From: Macrostomum lignano
Lineage: Eukaryota
NCBI GenBank assembly: GCA_002269645.1
Contig: NIVC01001166.1
Span: 62,001 to 126,000, forward strand
DNA length: 64,000 bases
Direction of reading: 5' to 3'
Below, piece after piece: positions 22,786-37,307 of the stretch (positions are counted from its first letter, which is position 1; the number at the start of each line of letters is the position of its first letter). The translations under genes were made by a program, and so were the position numbers. The notes under the pieces are model-generated. The model was not told the origin of the DNA. It worked only from the letters and a program-made list of their open reading frames with translations, and made no database searches.

Positions 22786-23486
22786 AAGAAGATGCGGCAC
22801 CCCGCCATCATTGTTATTCTTGTCGGAGATCTCAAAGAGCTGATTGTCCCTAATTTCAGACTTGGCTCCCATTCAGTGGCCGAAAATAATTTAATAAATT
22901 TCACTCCCCATCGTTTCGTGCTTTCTGACTCACCTTTACAGATAAAAAACGAGCCGGCCTCAAGCTACAACCCAATGAGTTCCGAGGGAAGCAGTCAGGT
23001 GTTAACTAGGGAATTCGATATAAAATCGGTTGCAAACAAGCTGAAGGACAAGCAAGTGCTGACTTTCCTAAATAAAAAAGTCACCAGGGAGACCGCAAAT
23101 CTCGAGTGCTCAATAAAAAACTCAGGGCGTCTCAGTGCCCCGCTGGACCCCATTGAGAGCAGTTGAGAGAGGCGCTTGAGAGATGAGGGAACAGGGGGAT
23201 CCGAGCCACTTAACCTTACATCGCTTACCTTTCACAGATTTACTTGCAGCTGAAATCTGGGGCTCTGCTTGCGGATTACATGATGCAGCGCTGTTGATGA
23301 AGATCCTGACTGCGCGGTGAGCTGTGAGTGCAAAGTATCGCAATTTATGTATATATGAACAGACTCAGTTCAGTGCAGCAATCCGAGCACTGAACCCTGA
23401 CTTGCTTTCACCATTTTTTTCTACTCTTAGCCAGCTGTGACGATTGGCAGTTTGTGTCTGCTGAAGAGGATTACCTGGCTTTCTCG

Positions 23487-23905
23487 TTTTCATTTTCATT
23501 TCATTTTCATTTTCATTTTCATTTTCATTTTCATTTTCATTTTCATTTTCATTTTCATTTTCATTTTCATTTTCATTTTCATTTCCATTTTCATTTTCAT
23601 TTTCATTTTCATTTTCATTTTCATTTTCATTTTCATTTCATTTTCATTTTCATTTTTATTTTTATTTTCATTTTCATTTTCATTTTCATTTTCATTTTCA
23701 TTTTCATTTTCATTTTCTTTTTCTTTTTCATTTCATTTTCATTTTCATTTTCATTTTCATTTTCATTTTCATTTCATTTTCATTTCATTTTCATTTTCAT
23801 TTCATTTTCATTTCATTTTCATTTCATTTTCATTTTCATTTTCATTTTCATTTTCATTTTCATTTTCATTTCATTTTCATTTTGATTTTCATTTTCATTT
23901 TCATT
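23487..23905 (+). repeat. (TTTTCA)n microsatellite
   Basis: Direct reading of the sequence. Confidence 0.97.
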
Positions 23906-24547
23906 TATCAGCTTGGTTGCAAGTTCAGGCGATGAGGACTAAAATCCCAAATGAAGGGAGATTAAGAGTCACAAACTGTCTGACCAACCACTCAGGTGAC
24001 GCTTTTCCCAAGGACTCACGTGAGAGAGAGGGAGAGACGGCAGGATGACTGACTGGATTAATGGGGAGACATAGATGAAGCTGCTGCAGACTCTGGCGGT
24101 GGTTAAAGAGATTACAATGAAGCGCGAGCGACACTTGCAGATGAGCGAGTGGCGGCAGAGAGACCTGCAGGACCGGCGACTCCAACTCACCCCCGCCTGC
24201 TCACTGTTGAATAAATGATGAGGACAAAACAGCACTGGATTCTGGCGCGGCTTTTGAAATCCGGGATGCGGCAAGAGCGAGCGAGAGCGAAGCGTCAGGG
24301 ACCTCCTGCTGAGAGGCAATTGAAACAATGAACAAAAGACACAACCTGTGCGTCCCCGACTGAGGCCTCCTGCTGCTTCTCAGCTGCTTGAGTAAGCACA
24401 CCCCTCCTACTCATCCTGGCTCTTCTCCGCCTGTCTCTCCTGCTCACTGCATGCTCACCCTTGGCCTGCCCGTCACGGAAGCAGCTCTCGATCGATGAGG
24501 CTGAGACGATGGAGAGAATTTTCTTGCTTGACCAAAATAGATTTGGC

Positions 24548-25020
<473 letters not shown>

Positions 25021-25519
25021 CACGCTGGCACGCTGCACCGCCAGATCAAAGTTTACGCTTACTGGCCACAAATCTTGTACCAATTGAAATGCGATTCGGT
25101 TTAGTTAACAACATCCGTTCGCTTCAGTTTCATTCGAATTATTTCGGTCTACCAAATTCTAAGAAAACAAGTTCGATTTAGCAGCAAATCGCGGATTTCT
25201 GAAGCAGGGAGGGGACGGGGCGCGCAAAACATCCGACTGCATACCAATTTGTGCGCTAATTCTTGACTGGAAAGCTATTCCTGCAGACGCCTTGGTGCCA
25301 AGCCACCCCCCCCCGTCCGCAACTCCTGTTTGGACACTCGCACCTGTGTTTATCCAGCTTATCAAGATCTGCCCGGAACAGAGGGACGGCAGCTGGCAGA
25401 CAAAATTTGGCACAGTGAGGCAGTTTAATACTGCAACTTTTGCGTTTTCAGTCATTCAATTTGCTTTGAATTTTTGCACTAATTGAGAGCCAAAGCAATC
25501 AAGAAATCCGAGTACCTGC

Positions 25520-26808
25520 ATGGCGCTGAGACCATCTCGCCGGCTGATCAGTCTGGCGCTCATCTTCATGGTTGTAGCAGTGCCGGCGACCATCTCTCAA
25601 AGCACCGGGAGTCCAGCTGCGGCGAGTAAGTGGGAGGCAGTGGCTCTCTTTGGATCATTAACCTCTGTGTGCAACACCCTGCCCATGCCCTGCCTTTCCC
25701 AATCCTCTCTTCTCCTCTCCCACCTCCCTCTCCCACCTCCTGCTCCCATCTCCCTCTCCCACCTCCCTCTCTCATCTCTCTCTCCTATCACCCTCTCCCG
25801 TCTCCCTCTCCCATCTCCTGCTCCCATCTCTCTCTCCCATCTCCCTCTCTCATCTCCCTCTCCCATCTCCTGCTCCCATCTCCCTCTCCCATCTCCCTCT
25901 CCCATCTCCCTCACCCATCTCCCTCTCCCATCTCCCTCTCCCATCTCCTGCTCCATCTCCCTCTCCCATCTCCCTCTCCCATCTCCCTCTCCCATCTCCC
26001 TCTCCCATCTCCCTCTCCCATCACCCTCTCCCACCTCCCTCTCCCATCTCCCATCTCCCATCTCCCATCTCCTATCTCCCCCAATCTCCTGCTCCCATCT
26101 CCCTCTCCCTTCTCCCTCTCTCTCCCCTTTGTGACTGAATTCAGCTTTATAATCAGTGCAACTTAAAACAACCAGAACAATATCAATAACAACAGCAGAA
26201 ACAACAGAACCACCATCAAGATCAGAACAAATATCGAAAAAAGAATCATCAACAATAATAATCGCAACAGCAGCAACAACAACAACACCAACAACATCAG
26301 CAACAACACCACCACTAACAACAACAACAGCAACAAAAACAACAACAACAATAACAACGCCAACGACGCCAACAACAACAACAGCGTCATCAACAATAAA
26401 AACAACAACAACAACGTCATCAACAACAAAAACAACAACGCCAACAACAACAACAACACCACCACCAACAACAACAAAAACAAAAACAATATCAACAACA
26501 GCACCAGCAACAACAACAATAACAACGCCAACAACGCCAACAACAACAACAGCGTCATCAACAATAAAAACAACAACGCCAACAACAACAACAACGTCAT
26601 CAACAACAAAAACAACAACGCCAACAACAACAACAACAACACCACCACCACCAACAACAACAACGCCAACAACAACGCCAACGCCAACAAAAACAGCAAC
26701 AACACCACCAGCAACAACAACAACAACGCCAACAACGCCAACAACAACGCCAACAACAGCACCAACAACAACAACAACAACAACACCAACAACAAAAACA
26801 ACAACAGC

Positions 26809-26840
<32 letters not shown>

Positions 26841-28291
26841 CACCAACAGAAACAATAAAATCAGCTGCATCATCTTCCGGTACGAAACCGTCAAATTTCT
26901 CGCACGGCTCAACTGTCGCCGAATCGACCGCCACAGCGGCGCCAATTATTTCAGCGTCGGCAACAACCTCGTCGATGAGAACCTCAACAGCACCAAAATC
27001 AACCACGACAGCCCCAGTGACGGCAGCTTCGGCGACGAGTCCTACGACGAAAACCCTAACAGCCAAAACCTCAACGATGATGACAACCTCGACAGCGGCG
27101 AGTACTGCTACGCCAACAACAACAACATCAACAACGAAGCCCCCACCGCAGCCAAAGGCAGAAAGCAACACTGTCGTCTACAAGGTGGTGATCTGCTTCC
27201 TCCTGCTGCTCCTCTGCGTCTTTGCCGGCTTCATGCTCTGCCAGCAGCTGAAGGGCAACAACGAATTGGGCGGCAGCTGCGATGAGCAAGACGTTGAAGC
27301 TGGCGAGTGCAGCGGCGGCGAGGGCGATGCGGAGGAGGGCCATGGCGAGGGCGATGGCGAGGCAGACCGACAAGACGGAGAAAGCAACGCTAAAGGCGAG
27401 GTGGCTAGCGGTGAGGTGAGAGCGGCACCAACGGAGTCAGAGGGTCAAAGCGCCGCTGAAAAGCCGCTGGTGATCGACGGCCGGTCCGCCGGGTCCTTAG
27501 AGGTCATCCACGAGGATCAGGAGGAGCCGGACGCTGAAGAAGAAGCTTTCGAGCTGATGGCGGTCAATCAGAGGCAGCAGCTGACACCGGAAGAGGAGCG
27601 GAAGAGAGCCAAGGAGGTCAAGAAGCAGGCGGAGAGGACGCGAAAGGCGGCAGCCAAGGCGAGAAAGCTGGCCGAGAAGGCGGCCAAGAAGGCGGAGAAG
27701 GAGGCCAAGAAGGCGGAGACGAAAGTCAAGTCTTCAGCAGCTCAGGCGGACCCTGGAACTGATGAAGCAGCGAACGCAGATTTGAATGAAAACAAGGAAG
27801 CAGGGAGCTCAGAAGAAGCTGGAGCTGATGATGCGGCGAAAACTATCGGGGCTGATAATTCAGAGCAAGATAAGGCCAAGACTGACGATTCAAAGAAACC
27901 GGAAGTGGCCAAAACTGACGATTCTAAGAAACCGGAAGCAGCCAAGACTGACGATTCTAAGAAACCGGAAGTGGCCAAAACTGACGATTCTAAGAAACCG
28001 GAAGCAGCCAAGACTGACGATTCTAAGAAACCGGAAGCAGCCAAGACTGACGATACAAAGAAACCGGAAGTGGCCAAAACTGACGATTCTAAGAAACCGG
28101 AAGCAGCCAAAACTGACGAAGCCAAGAAACCGGAAGCAGCCAAGACTGACGAAGCCAAGAAACTCGAAGCAGCCAAAACTGACGAAGCCAAGAAACCGGA
28201 AGCAGCCAAGACTGACAAAGCCAAGAAACTAGATGTCAAAGGAAGTTCGAGTGAAACCATAGAAGCTGAAACAGAAAAGACTGCTCTATGA
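25520..28291 (+). CDS. Type I transmembrane mucin-like protein (~746 aa); exons 25520-25625 and 26157-28291
   Basis: Signal peptide MALRPSRRLISLALIFMVVAVPA. Phase-1 intron GTAAGT...aatcag filled with (ccctctcccatct)n. Thr/Pro-rich ectodomain, TM VVYKVVICFLLLLLCVFAGFMLC, acidic and Lys-rich tail with ~11 KTDDSKKPEAA repeats. Confidence 0.8.
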
Positions 28292-28499
28292 TTTAGGCAA
28301 TTCATAAACTTGGTGATCATTTTTTCGAAACTCACCGTAGTTATAATTTCACTACTATTAGTACAGTAATCGATCTGTGTACATCTTAATTACAGTAATA
28401 GCTTGTGCTAGATTGCTCTTTATTATTAAAATTAAGAAATTATGATGCTGATGTTAGATTAGCGAAAATTTAAATCAGAACTTGTAGGGGAGCGATCAC

Positions 28500-28672
28500 A
28501 GTTCGAGTGGGTGGGATTAAAACTCGAGTGGGTGATATTAGAGTTTTAGTGGGTGAGATTAGAGTTCGAGTGGGTGAGATTAGAGTTTGTGAGTGAGATT
28601 AGAGTTCTAGTGGGTGAGATTAGAGTTCGAGTGGGTGAGATTAGAGTTCATGTGGGTGAGATCTGAGTTCCA
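28500..28672 (+). repeat. 21-bp tandem repeat (gagttcgagtgggtgagatta)
   Basis: Direct reading of the sequence. Confidence 0.85.
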
Positions 28673-28849
28673 GTATGTCTGGGTGGGTTGGGGCTTATAA
28701 GATGCGCATATGTTAAAAGTGCACTAAGTTTCTATGCATCTTAAATGACTATTTAATTAGTTAATTAACTCAAATTTTAAAGCGCAATTTTCTATTCCTT
28801 ATAGTCAAACATTTTATTTTCAAGAAAAGCAGTTAATATTGAGCTAACC

Positions 28850-29244
28850 AATTATTTATGCAGAAATCTTATATTGAATTCATCAGATTATCGATAGTCG
28901 CAAGTTTTTCCTGATCCTGTTTCTTCTCTAATGTGTTCTGGAATACTTTTCTAGCGATGCTACTCATTAGTAGCATTCGCAGTTGCATGCCCTTCATTTC
29001 ATAACTGTAATCCATAAAATTTGTTTCCTAGTAAGCAATTGTATTTTAAATGCTGTGTTGAAATTCAAATTTGCTTTATTTATTTGACTTCTTTAAACGA
29101 CATTGCTTTCCAGAACTGAGCATAAAATTAATGTTATAACACTCGTAAACAAGAATTCATATTCAAAGACATCAGCTACTCTTAGTAGTTTTGGAAAATC
29201 CTAGAAATTTGAATTATGCTTTTTTATTAATGCAAGGTTTTTTC
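28850..29244 (+). repeat. ~395-bp AT-rich dispersed repeat, copy 1
   Basis: Near-identical to 32413-32808, same orientation. Confidence 0.9.
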
Positions 29245-29344
29245 TTATTTACTCAACATCTCGGTAGTCAAATATGGTTAACTAAAGTGAACTCAAGCTA
29301 CAGAGATTTCACCAGAGAACTCTGCGATCGACGAGCATGTTTTG

Positions 29345-30746
29345 ACCATGGATCATAGATCATATAGATCATAGACCATAGATCATAGATCATAGACCAT
29401 AGACCATAGATCATAGATCATAGACCAAAGACCATAGACCATAGATCATAGACCAAAGACCATAGACCATAGATCATAGACCATAGATCATTGACCATAG
29501 ATCACAAATCATAGACCATAGACCATAGACCATAGACCAAAGACCATAGACCATAGACCATAGACCATAGACCATAGACCATAGATCATAGACCATAGAT
29601 CATAGATCATAGACCATAGACCATAGACCATAGATCATAGACCATAGACCATAGACCATAGACCATAGATCATAGACCATAGATCATAGATCATAGATCA
29701 TAGACCATAATCCATAGATCATAGACCATAGACCATAGATCATAGACCATAGACCATAGATCATAGATCATAAACCATAGACCATAGACCATAGACTATT
29801 AATCATGGACCATAGACCATAGACCATAGACCATAGACCATAGACCATAGACCATAGACCATAGACCATAGATCATAGATCATAAACCATAGACCATAGA
29901 CCATAGACTATTAATCATGGACCATAGACCATAGACCATAGACCATAGATCATAGACCATAGACCATAGATCATAGATCATAAACCATAGACCATAGACC
30001 ATAGACTATTAATCATGGACCATAGACCATAGACCATAGACCATAGACCATAGACCATAGACCATAGACCATAGATCATAGATCATAAACCATAGACCAT
30101 AGACCATAGACTATTAATCATGGACCATAGACCATAGACCATAGACCATAGACCATAGACCATAAACCATAGACTATTGATCATGGACCATAGACCATAG
30201 ACCATAGACCATAGATCATAGAGCATAGACCATAGACCATAGACTATTTATCATGGACCATAGACCATAGACCATAGACCATAGACCATAGACCATAGAC
30301 CATAGACCATAGACCATAGATCATAGACCGTAGACCATAGACCATAGACCATAGACCATAGATCATAGACCGTAGACCACAAACCATAGACCATAGACCA
30401 TAGACCATAGACCATAGACCATAGACCATAGACCATAGACCATCGACCATAGACCATAGACCATAGACCATAGACTATTGATCATGGACCATAGACCATA
30501 GACCATAGACCATAGACCATAGACCATAGACCATAGACCATAGACCATCGACCATAGACCATAGACCATAGACCATAGACCATAGACCATAGACCATAGA
30601 CCATAGACTATTGATCATGGACCATAGACCATAGACCATAGACCATAGACTATTGATCATGGACCATAGACCATAGACCATAGACCATAGACCATAGACC
30701 ATAGACCATAGACCATAGACTATTGATCATGGACCATAGACCATAG
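29345..30746 (+). repeat. (GACCATA)n 7-mer array with higher-order variants
   Basis: Direct reading of the sequence. Confidence 0.97.
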
Positions 30747-31099
30747 TTTCAAGTTCTATTCGCAATTCGGAAGTCTAGAGGATGAACTTGCGAGCTTGAG
30801 AGCTTGAAACTATCTTTAAAAATGTCAAACCAATCTTCAAATGTACTATTATTGTCAGACTTTAATAGCAAGACCCCTCGCAGAGAAAGATGCAGATCTA
30901 ACTGGGCCTTAACAACGCTAATTGTATTAACCCGCCGCTCTTTCTGCTTGGAATTTTGATTCCTGTGTTTGTCTTTCTAACTGTGTACCAAGTCTGAGTA
31001 CCCATTTCTTAATTGCAGTTGAACTTGTCAATACTCAAAGTAAAGAGAGTACTCATGCCTTCAGCAACCAATGCGACCTATTTTAGCTGATGTGCTGTG

Positions 31100-31797
31100 C
31101 TGTCTTCTGTAGTGTCTGTCTTCTGTAGTGTCTGTCTTCTGTAGTGTCTGTCTTCTGTAGTGTCTGTCTTCCGCAGTGTCTGTCTTCTGTAGTGTCTGTC
31201 TTCTGTAGTGTCTGTCTTCTGTAGTGTCTGTCTTCTGTAGTGTCTGTCTTCTGTAGTGTCTGTCTTCTGTAGTGTCTGTCTTCTGTAGTGTCTGTCTTCT
31301 GTAGTGTCTGTCTTCTGTAGTGTCTGTCTTCTGTAGTGTCTGTCTTCTGTAGTGTCTGTCTTCTGTAGTGTCTGTCTTCTGTAGTGTCTGTCTTCTGTAG
31401 TGTCTGTCTACTGTAGTGTCTGTCTTCTGTAGTGTCTGTCTTCTGTAGTGTATGTCTACTGTAGTGTCTGTCTTCTGTAGTTTCTGTCTTCTGTAGTGTC
31501 TGTCTTCTGTAGTGTCTGTCTTCTGTAGTGTCTGTCTTCTGTAGTGTCTGTCTTCTGTAGTGTCTGTCTTCTGTAGTGTCTGTCTTCTGTAGTGTCTGTC
31601 TTCTGTAGTGTCTGTCTTCTGTAGTGTCTGTCTTCTGTAGTGTCTGTCTTCTGTAGTGTCTGTCTTCTGTAGTGTCTGTCTTCTGTAGTGTCTGTCTTCT
31701 GTAGTGTCTGTCTTCTGTAGTGTCTGTCTTCTGTAGTGTCTGTCTTCTGTAGTGTCTGTCTTCTGTAGTGTCTGTCTTCTGTAGTGTCTGTCTTCTT
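31100..31797 (+). repeat. 16-bp tandem repeat (ctgtagtgtctgtctt)
   Basis: Direct reading of the sequence. Confidence 0.97.
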
Positions 31798-32412
31798 AGC
31801 ACTGCACTGGCACTGTTTTCTGTGTCTTCTGCAAAATATGGTCTCTGAGAATTGTATGACTCCCAGCAACACAGAGATTCCCTGATGCTAGCAAACAGAC
31901 ATCGTAGATGCAACTGCAGAATTGTTGACAAAGCTGGCAAGACAGACAGGGTTCCAAGTCTCATCCTTTGCTCTGGTTCAAAACAGCAATCGAGAGCGCA
32001 AACACTCGCCAAGCCTCGCCAAACATAGCCGAATAATGAGCTCCGCTTTTGTGTGTGTGCGGAGAAACTCATTGGTGCAGAGTTGCATTAGAGGTGGCCC
32101 CGCCAACAACCTTGTGCCCGCAGCACCCACCCTTTCCCTGTATTTCTACTGCCAAAGACGCTCTGACAGCTCAACTCTGCACGGCACAAAACTCGGTAGC
32201 CTCTAAAAGTCTACTTTAAAAGCTGTTGTTGTAAACAAAAAAATAATTGTATTAGTCACAGTTTGGTAAAGCTCTAAGCAGCTCATTAACGTCTGTAGTA
32301 GTTCTGGTAAGTACCTACTATCAGTTAAATTTACTAAATCTCAAGTCAATGGGACAATACTCCACTAGTGAAGCTGAATTGGGGGGGGGGGACAGCCCCA
32401 TTTAAAGATACT

Positions 32413-32808
32413 AATTATTTATGCAGAAATCTTATATTGAATTCATCAGATTATCGATAGTCGCAAGTTTTTCCTGAACCTGTTTCTTCTCTAATGTGTT
32501 CTGGAATACTTCTCTAGCGATGCTACTCATTAGTAGCATTCGCAGTTGCATGCCCTTCATTTCATAACTGTAATCCATAAAATTTGTTTCCTAGTAAGCA
32601 ATTGTATTTTTAAATGCTGTGTTGAAATTCAAATTTGCTTTATTTATTTGACTTCTTTAAACGACATTGCTTTCCAGAACTGAGCATAAAATTAATGTTA
32701 TAATACTCGTAAACAAGAATTCGTATTCAAAGACATCAGCTACTCTTAGTAGTTTTGGAAAATCCTAGAAATTTGAATTATGCATTTTTATTAATGCAAG
32801 GTTTTTTC
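32413..32808 (+). repeat. ~395-bp AT-rich dispersed repeat, copy 2
   Basis: Near-identical to 28850-29244. Confidence 0.9.
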
Positions 32809-32859
32809 CACAGAATACACCAGAATAAATAATAAATAATAATTGGGCTCAAACCCTAT

Positions 32860-33017
32860 AGCCTAATCCTAACTCTACCCCTAACTCTAACCCCTCCCCT
32901 AACTCCACCCTAACCCTAACCCTACCCTAACCCCAACCCTAACCCTAATCTAACAATACCTTAACCCTACCCTAACCCTACCCTAAACCTGCCTAACCCT
33001 AACCTTAATCCTAATCC
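32860..33017 (+). repeat. Degenerate interstitial (CCCTAA)n telomere-like tract
   Basis: ccctaaccctaaccctaccctaacc... Confidence 0.75.
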
Positions 33018-33089
33018 AGCAGGTTTTCAAATAATAATATGAGTACGAGCGTATATTTGAGAAGCCCTCATTAGACCCAAAACGAATAA

Positions 33090-36000
33090 ATGCTCAGATC
33101 AAGGATGCCATCCTCCAACGGATCTCTTCGAGACGGCAAGTCGCGCGGCTGCTCCCGCCCGGAGCCCTGCTCGGCCGACTGCTGCCGCACCTTCCTCCGG
33201 CGCAACGTCTTCGTGCTCTGCCTCATCCTCGGCGTGGCGGCCGGCATCGGCCTGGGCGTCGGCCTTCGCTACGCCAAGCCGGTCTGGACGGCCAGAGAGC
33301 TGGCCTACTACAAATTCCCCGGCGAACTCCTGCTCAGGATGCTGCAGATGGTGATCCTGCCGCTGGTCATCACCTCCATGATTTCCGGGATGTCCTCATT
33401 GGGCCGGAATGCGTCTTCTTGGATCGGCCTGAGGGCAGTTGTGTACTACATGTGCACCACCCTGTTTGCCGTCATCATCGGCATCGTGCTGGTGGTCAGC
33501 ATCCACCCGGGCCGCTCAGAGAGCTCGGAGACAATGCGGCGACAGGGCTCCTCCAAGACCGTGAATGCGGTCGACTCGCTGCTGGATCTCATCCGGTGAG
33601 CATTACTCACTCACTCACTCACTCACTCACTCACTCACTCACTCACTCACTCACTCACTCACTCACTCACTCACTCACTCACTCACTCACTCACTCATGA
33701 ACTCACTCACTCACTCACTCACTCACTCATGAACTCACTCACTCACTCATGAACTCACTCACTCACTCACTCACTCACTCACTCACTCACTCACTCACTC
33801 ATGAACTCACTCACTCACTCACTCACTCACTCACTCACTCACTCACTCACTCACTCACTCACTCACTCACTCACTCACTCACTCACTCACTCACTCACTC
33901 ACTCACTCATGAACTCATGAACTCACTCACTCACTCACTCACTCATGAACTCACTCACTCACTCACTTACTCACTCACTCACCCACTCACTCACTCATGA
34001 ACTCATGAACTCACTCACTCATGAACTCACTCATGAACTCACTCACTCACTCACTTACTCACTCATGAACTCATGAACTCATGAACTCATGAACTCATGA
34101 ACTCATGAACTCATGAACTCATGAACTCATGAACTCATGAACTCATGAACTCATGAACTCATGAACTCATGAACTCATGAACTCATGAACTCATGAACTC
34201 ATGAACTCACTCACTCACTCACTCACTCACTCACTCACTCATGAACTCACTCACTCACTCACTCACTCATGAACTCACTCACTCACTCACTTACTCACTC
34301 ACTCACCCACTCACTCACTCATGAACTCATGAACTCACTCACTCATGAACTCACTCATGAACTCACTCACTCACTCACTTACTCACTCATGAACTCATGA
34401 ACTCATGAACTCATGAACTCATGAACTCATGAACTCATGAACTCATGAATTCATGAACTCATGAACTCACCCTCCTCCCCATTCAGCAACGCATTCCCAG
34501 ACAACGTGATGGACGCCTGCATCCGCAAGGTGCAGACCAGCATGAAGTTCATCATCCCGGACGCGACCACAACCGCTCCGCCGACGGTTGACCCGAATGC
34601 CACGGCCAGCAACTCGACCGCTTTCACCCTGACGACGACGAACATCGCGACCACTGTGGCCGATTCGCTGAATGCCAGCTCCGGACCGACGCCAAAGCCG
34701 ACCGCTGCCCCGGTGTACGACTACGTGCCCAAGGTGGAGCGGGTGGAGGGCAGCAACCTGCTGGGCATCATTGTGTTCTCCCTGGCTTTCGGCGTCGCCC
34801 TCAGCCGCATCGGCGAGCGGGGCCACGTGGCCCGCCAGTTCTTCGACGGGTGCAGCGAAGCAGTGCTGGTGGTGGTCAAAGTTGTGATCTGGTGAGTCCG
34901 GCTGTCCCTGATAATCCTGTCCCTGATAATCCTGTCCCCGATAATCCTGTCCCTTATAATCCTGTCCCCGATAATCCTGTCCCTGATAATCCTGTCCCTG
35001 ATAATCCTGTCCCTGATAATCCTGTCCCTGATAATCCTGTCCCTGATAATCCTGTCCCTGATAATCCTGTCCCTGATAATCCTGTCCCTGACAATCCTGT
35101 CCCTGATAATCCTGTCCCTGATAATCCTGTCCCTGATAATCCTGTCCCTGATAATCCTGTCCCTGATAATCCTGTCCCTGATAATCCTGTCCCTGATAAT
35201 CCTGTCCCTGATAATCCTGTCCCTGATAATCCTGTCCCTGATAATCCTGTCCCTGATAATCCTGTCCCTGATAATCCTGTCCCTGATAATCCTGTCCCTG
35301 ATAATCCTGTCCCTGATAATCCTGTCCCTGATAATCCTGTCCCTGATAATCCTGTCCCTGATAATCCTGTCCCTGATAATCCTGTCCCTGATAATCCTGT
35401 CCCTGATAATCCCGTCCCTGATCCCGCAGGTTCACCCCGATCGGCATCATCTTCCTGATCTCCGGCAAGATCATCGAGATGGAGAACGTGGTGGAGACGC
35501 TGTCCCAGCTCGGTCTGTACTCCATCACGGTGATCAGCGGCCTGGTGATCCACGGCTTCATCGTGCTGCCGCTCATCTACCTGATCGTGGTGAGGCGGAA
35601 CCCCTTCCGCTACATGTTCGGCTGCATGCGGGCCATCCTGACTGCCGTCAGCACCGCCTCCAGCTCCGCCACGCTGCCGGTCAGCCTGTACTGCATCGAG
35701 GAAGTCAACGGGGTCAGCAAGATGGTGAGTAGTCTGTGTTGGCTCACTCAGGTGTCACTTATGTGTCACTTGGGTGTTACTCAGGTGTCACTCAGGTGTC
35801 ACTCAGGTGTCACTCATCAGAAACTAATTTGCCACTTATGTGTCACTCTCCAGTCACTCCGCAGCCAGAATTCCCCTCCTTTCCCTACATTCCACTCCCA
35901 ATCCCCACCTCAGGTGTCCCGGTTCGTGCTCCCGGTGGGTGCCACCATCAACATGGACGGCACCGCCCTGTACGAGGCCGTGGCCTCCGTGTTCATCGCC

Positions 36001-36684
36001 CAGGTGAACGGCATCACCCTGGACTTCGCCAAGCTCGTCACCATTAGCCTGACAGCCACCGCAGCTGCTGTGGGCGCCGCCGGTGTGCCAGAGGCAGGCC
36101 TGGTTACCATGGTGATCGTCCTGACCGCCGTCGGGTTGCCCACGGATGACGTCACCCTCATCCTGGCCATCGATTGGTTCCTGTGAGTAAACTGCTTCGG
36201 CTCAAAGTCGTCAACTGTCACTCCATAGAGTCACACCAAAATGTCACTCCATAGAGTCACACCAAAGTGTCACTCCATAGAGTCACACCAAAGTGTCACT
36301 CCATAGAGTCACACCAAAATGTCACTCCATAGAGTCACACCAAAATGTCGCTCCATAGAGTCACACCAAAATGTCACTCCATAGAGTCACACCAAAATGT
36401 CACTCCATAGAGTCACACCAAAATGTCACTCCATAGAGTCACACCAAAATGTCACTCCATACAGTCACACCACAACATTATTAAACGCATTTCTCTGCCA
36501 ATGACTCCGCAGCGACCGTCTCCGAACTTCCATCAACGTCTGGGGCGACTGCGTCGGCGCCGGCGTGGTGGAGGCGCTGTCCCGCAAGGACCTCGAGGAG
36601 GTCGCCGAGGAGGACAACAACGGCTTCTGCATGGAGCAGGCGGCCGAGGAGGGCAAGCCGGGCAGGTACATCACGGAGTTCTGA
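33090..36684 (+). CDS. SLC1A: SLC1 family excitatory amino acid (glutamate/aspartate) transporter; exons 33090-33595, 34487-34891, 35430-35724, 35914-36182, 36513-36684
   Basis: [23 protein letters not shown]|[45 protein letters not shown]|[12 protein letters not shown]. All introns are GTGAG...CAG and in phase. Confidence 0.96.
33600..34470 (+). repeat. (ACTC)n/(CATGAACT)n in SLC1 intron 1
   Basis: Direct reading of the sequence. Confidence 0.95.
34903..35420 (+). repeat. 15-bp repeat (cctgtccctgataat) in SLC1 intron 2
   Basis: Direct reading of the sequence. Confidence 0.95.
36217..36470 (+). repeat. 26-bp repeat (gtcactccatagagtcacaccaaaat) in SLC1 intron 4
   Basis: Direct reading of the sequence. 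Confidence 0.9.
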
Positions 36685-37307
36685 GGAGCCGGGCGGATGT
36701 CTGCCAGACTGGACTCATGGGGGTGGGATAGGATGGCGGATCTGGGAGTAGAATTACGGGATCTTCTGGGTAGAGAGTGGCAGATCTAAGAGGTAAAATG
36801 GCGGATTTTGATGGTAGAATGGTGGATTTAGGGGGTAAAATGGCGGATCTAGAAGAATAATGGCACCAAGAAGTGATTATCACACTATTTATGCGAATTA
36901 AAACAATATTTAAAATCATTACACACGAAACTGTGTACAACCCGTGTGCTTATGTGCATGCTGTTAAGGGTTTGTGATATATCTGTTTAAACCATAAATT
37001 CCTCAACAGCCATTGCTCACCGGATTTGTAAGAATATTATTTTCCGATATTATAATCCTTGGAATTCGACCCTAATCCTGCACACTTGCATCCCAAATAC
37101 AAATAGAAATTCGAGTAGTTATCGTTCAATATTTTTCTGTATCAGAAATAACACCATCTTCAAGCTCCATATATTCTAATTGTTCTCGAATGTCAAAATA
37201 TTGGATATGAAAACTCTTGGACAAAAATATTTGTGTTTTCTAATAAATCACCTACTCACGGTTCGAAATATTTCGGAAATGACAGACCAGCCTTTGTTAT
37301 TTTCATG

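Noticed and set aside
25597-27171. Val-rich 524-aa minus-strand ORF
   Set aside because: Antisense of the (ACA)-rich mucin exon.
28850-29244. Helitron-like hairpin followed by CTAG in the 395-bp repeat
   Set aside because: Homology continues past the CTAG, there is no A|T insertion context and no 5' TC boundary was seen.
32860-33017. True chromosome end
   Set aside because: The tract is short, degenerate and flanked by genes on both sides.
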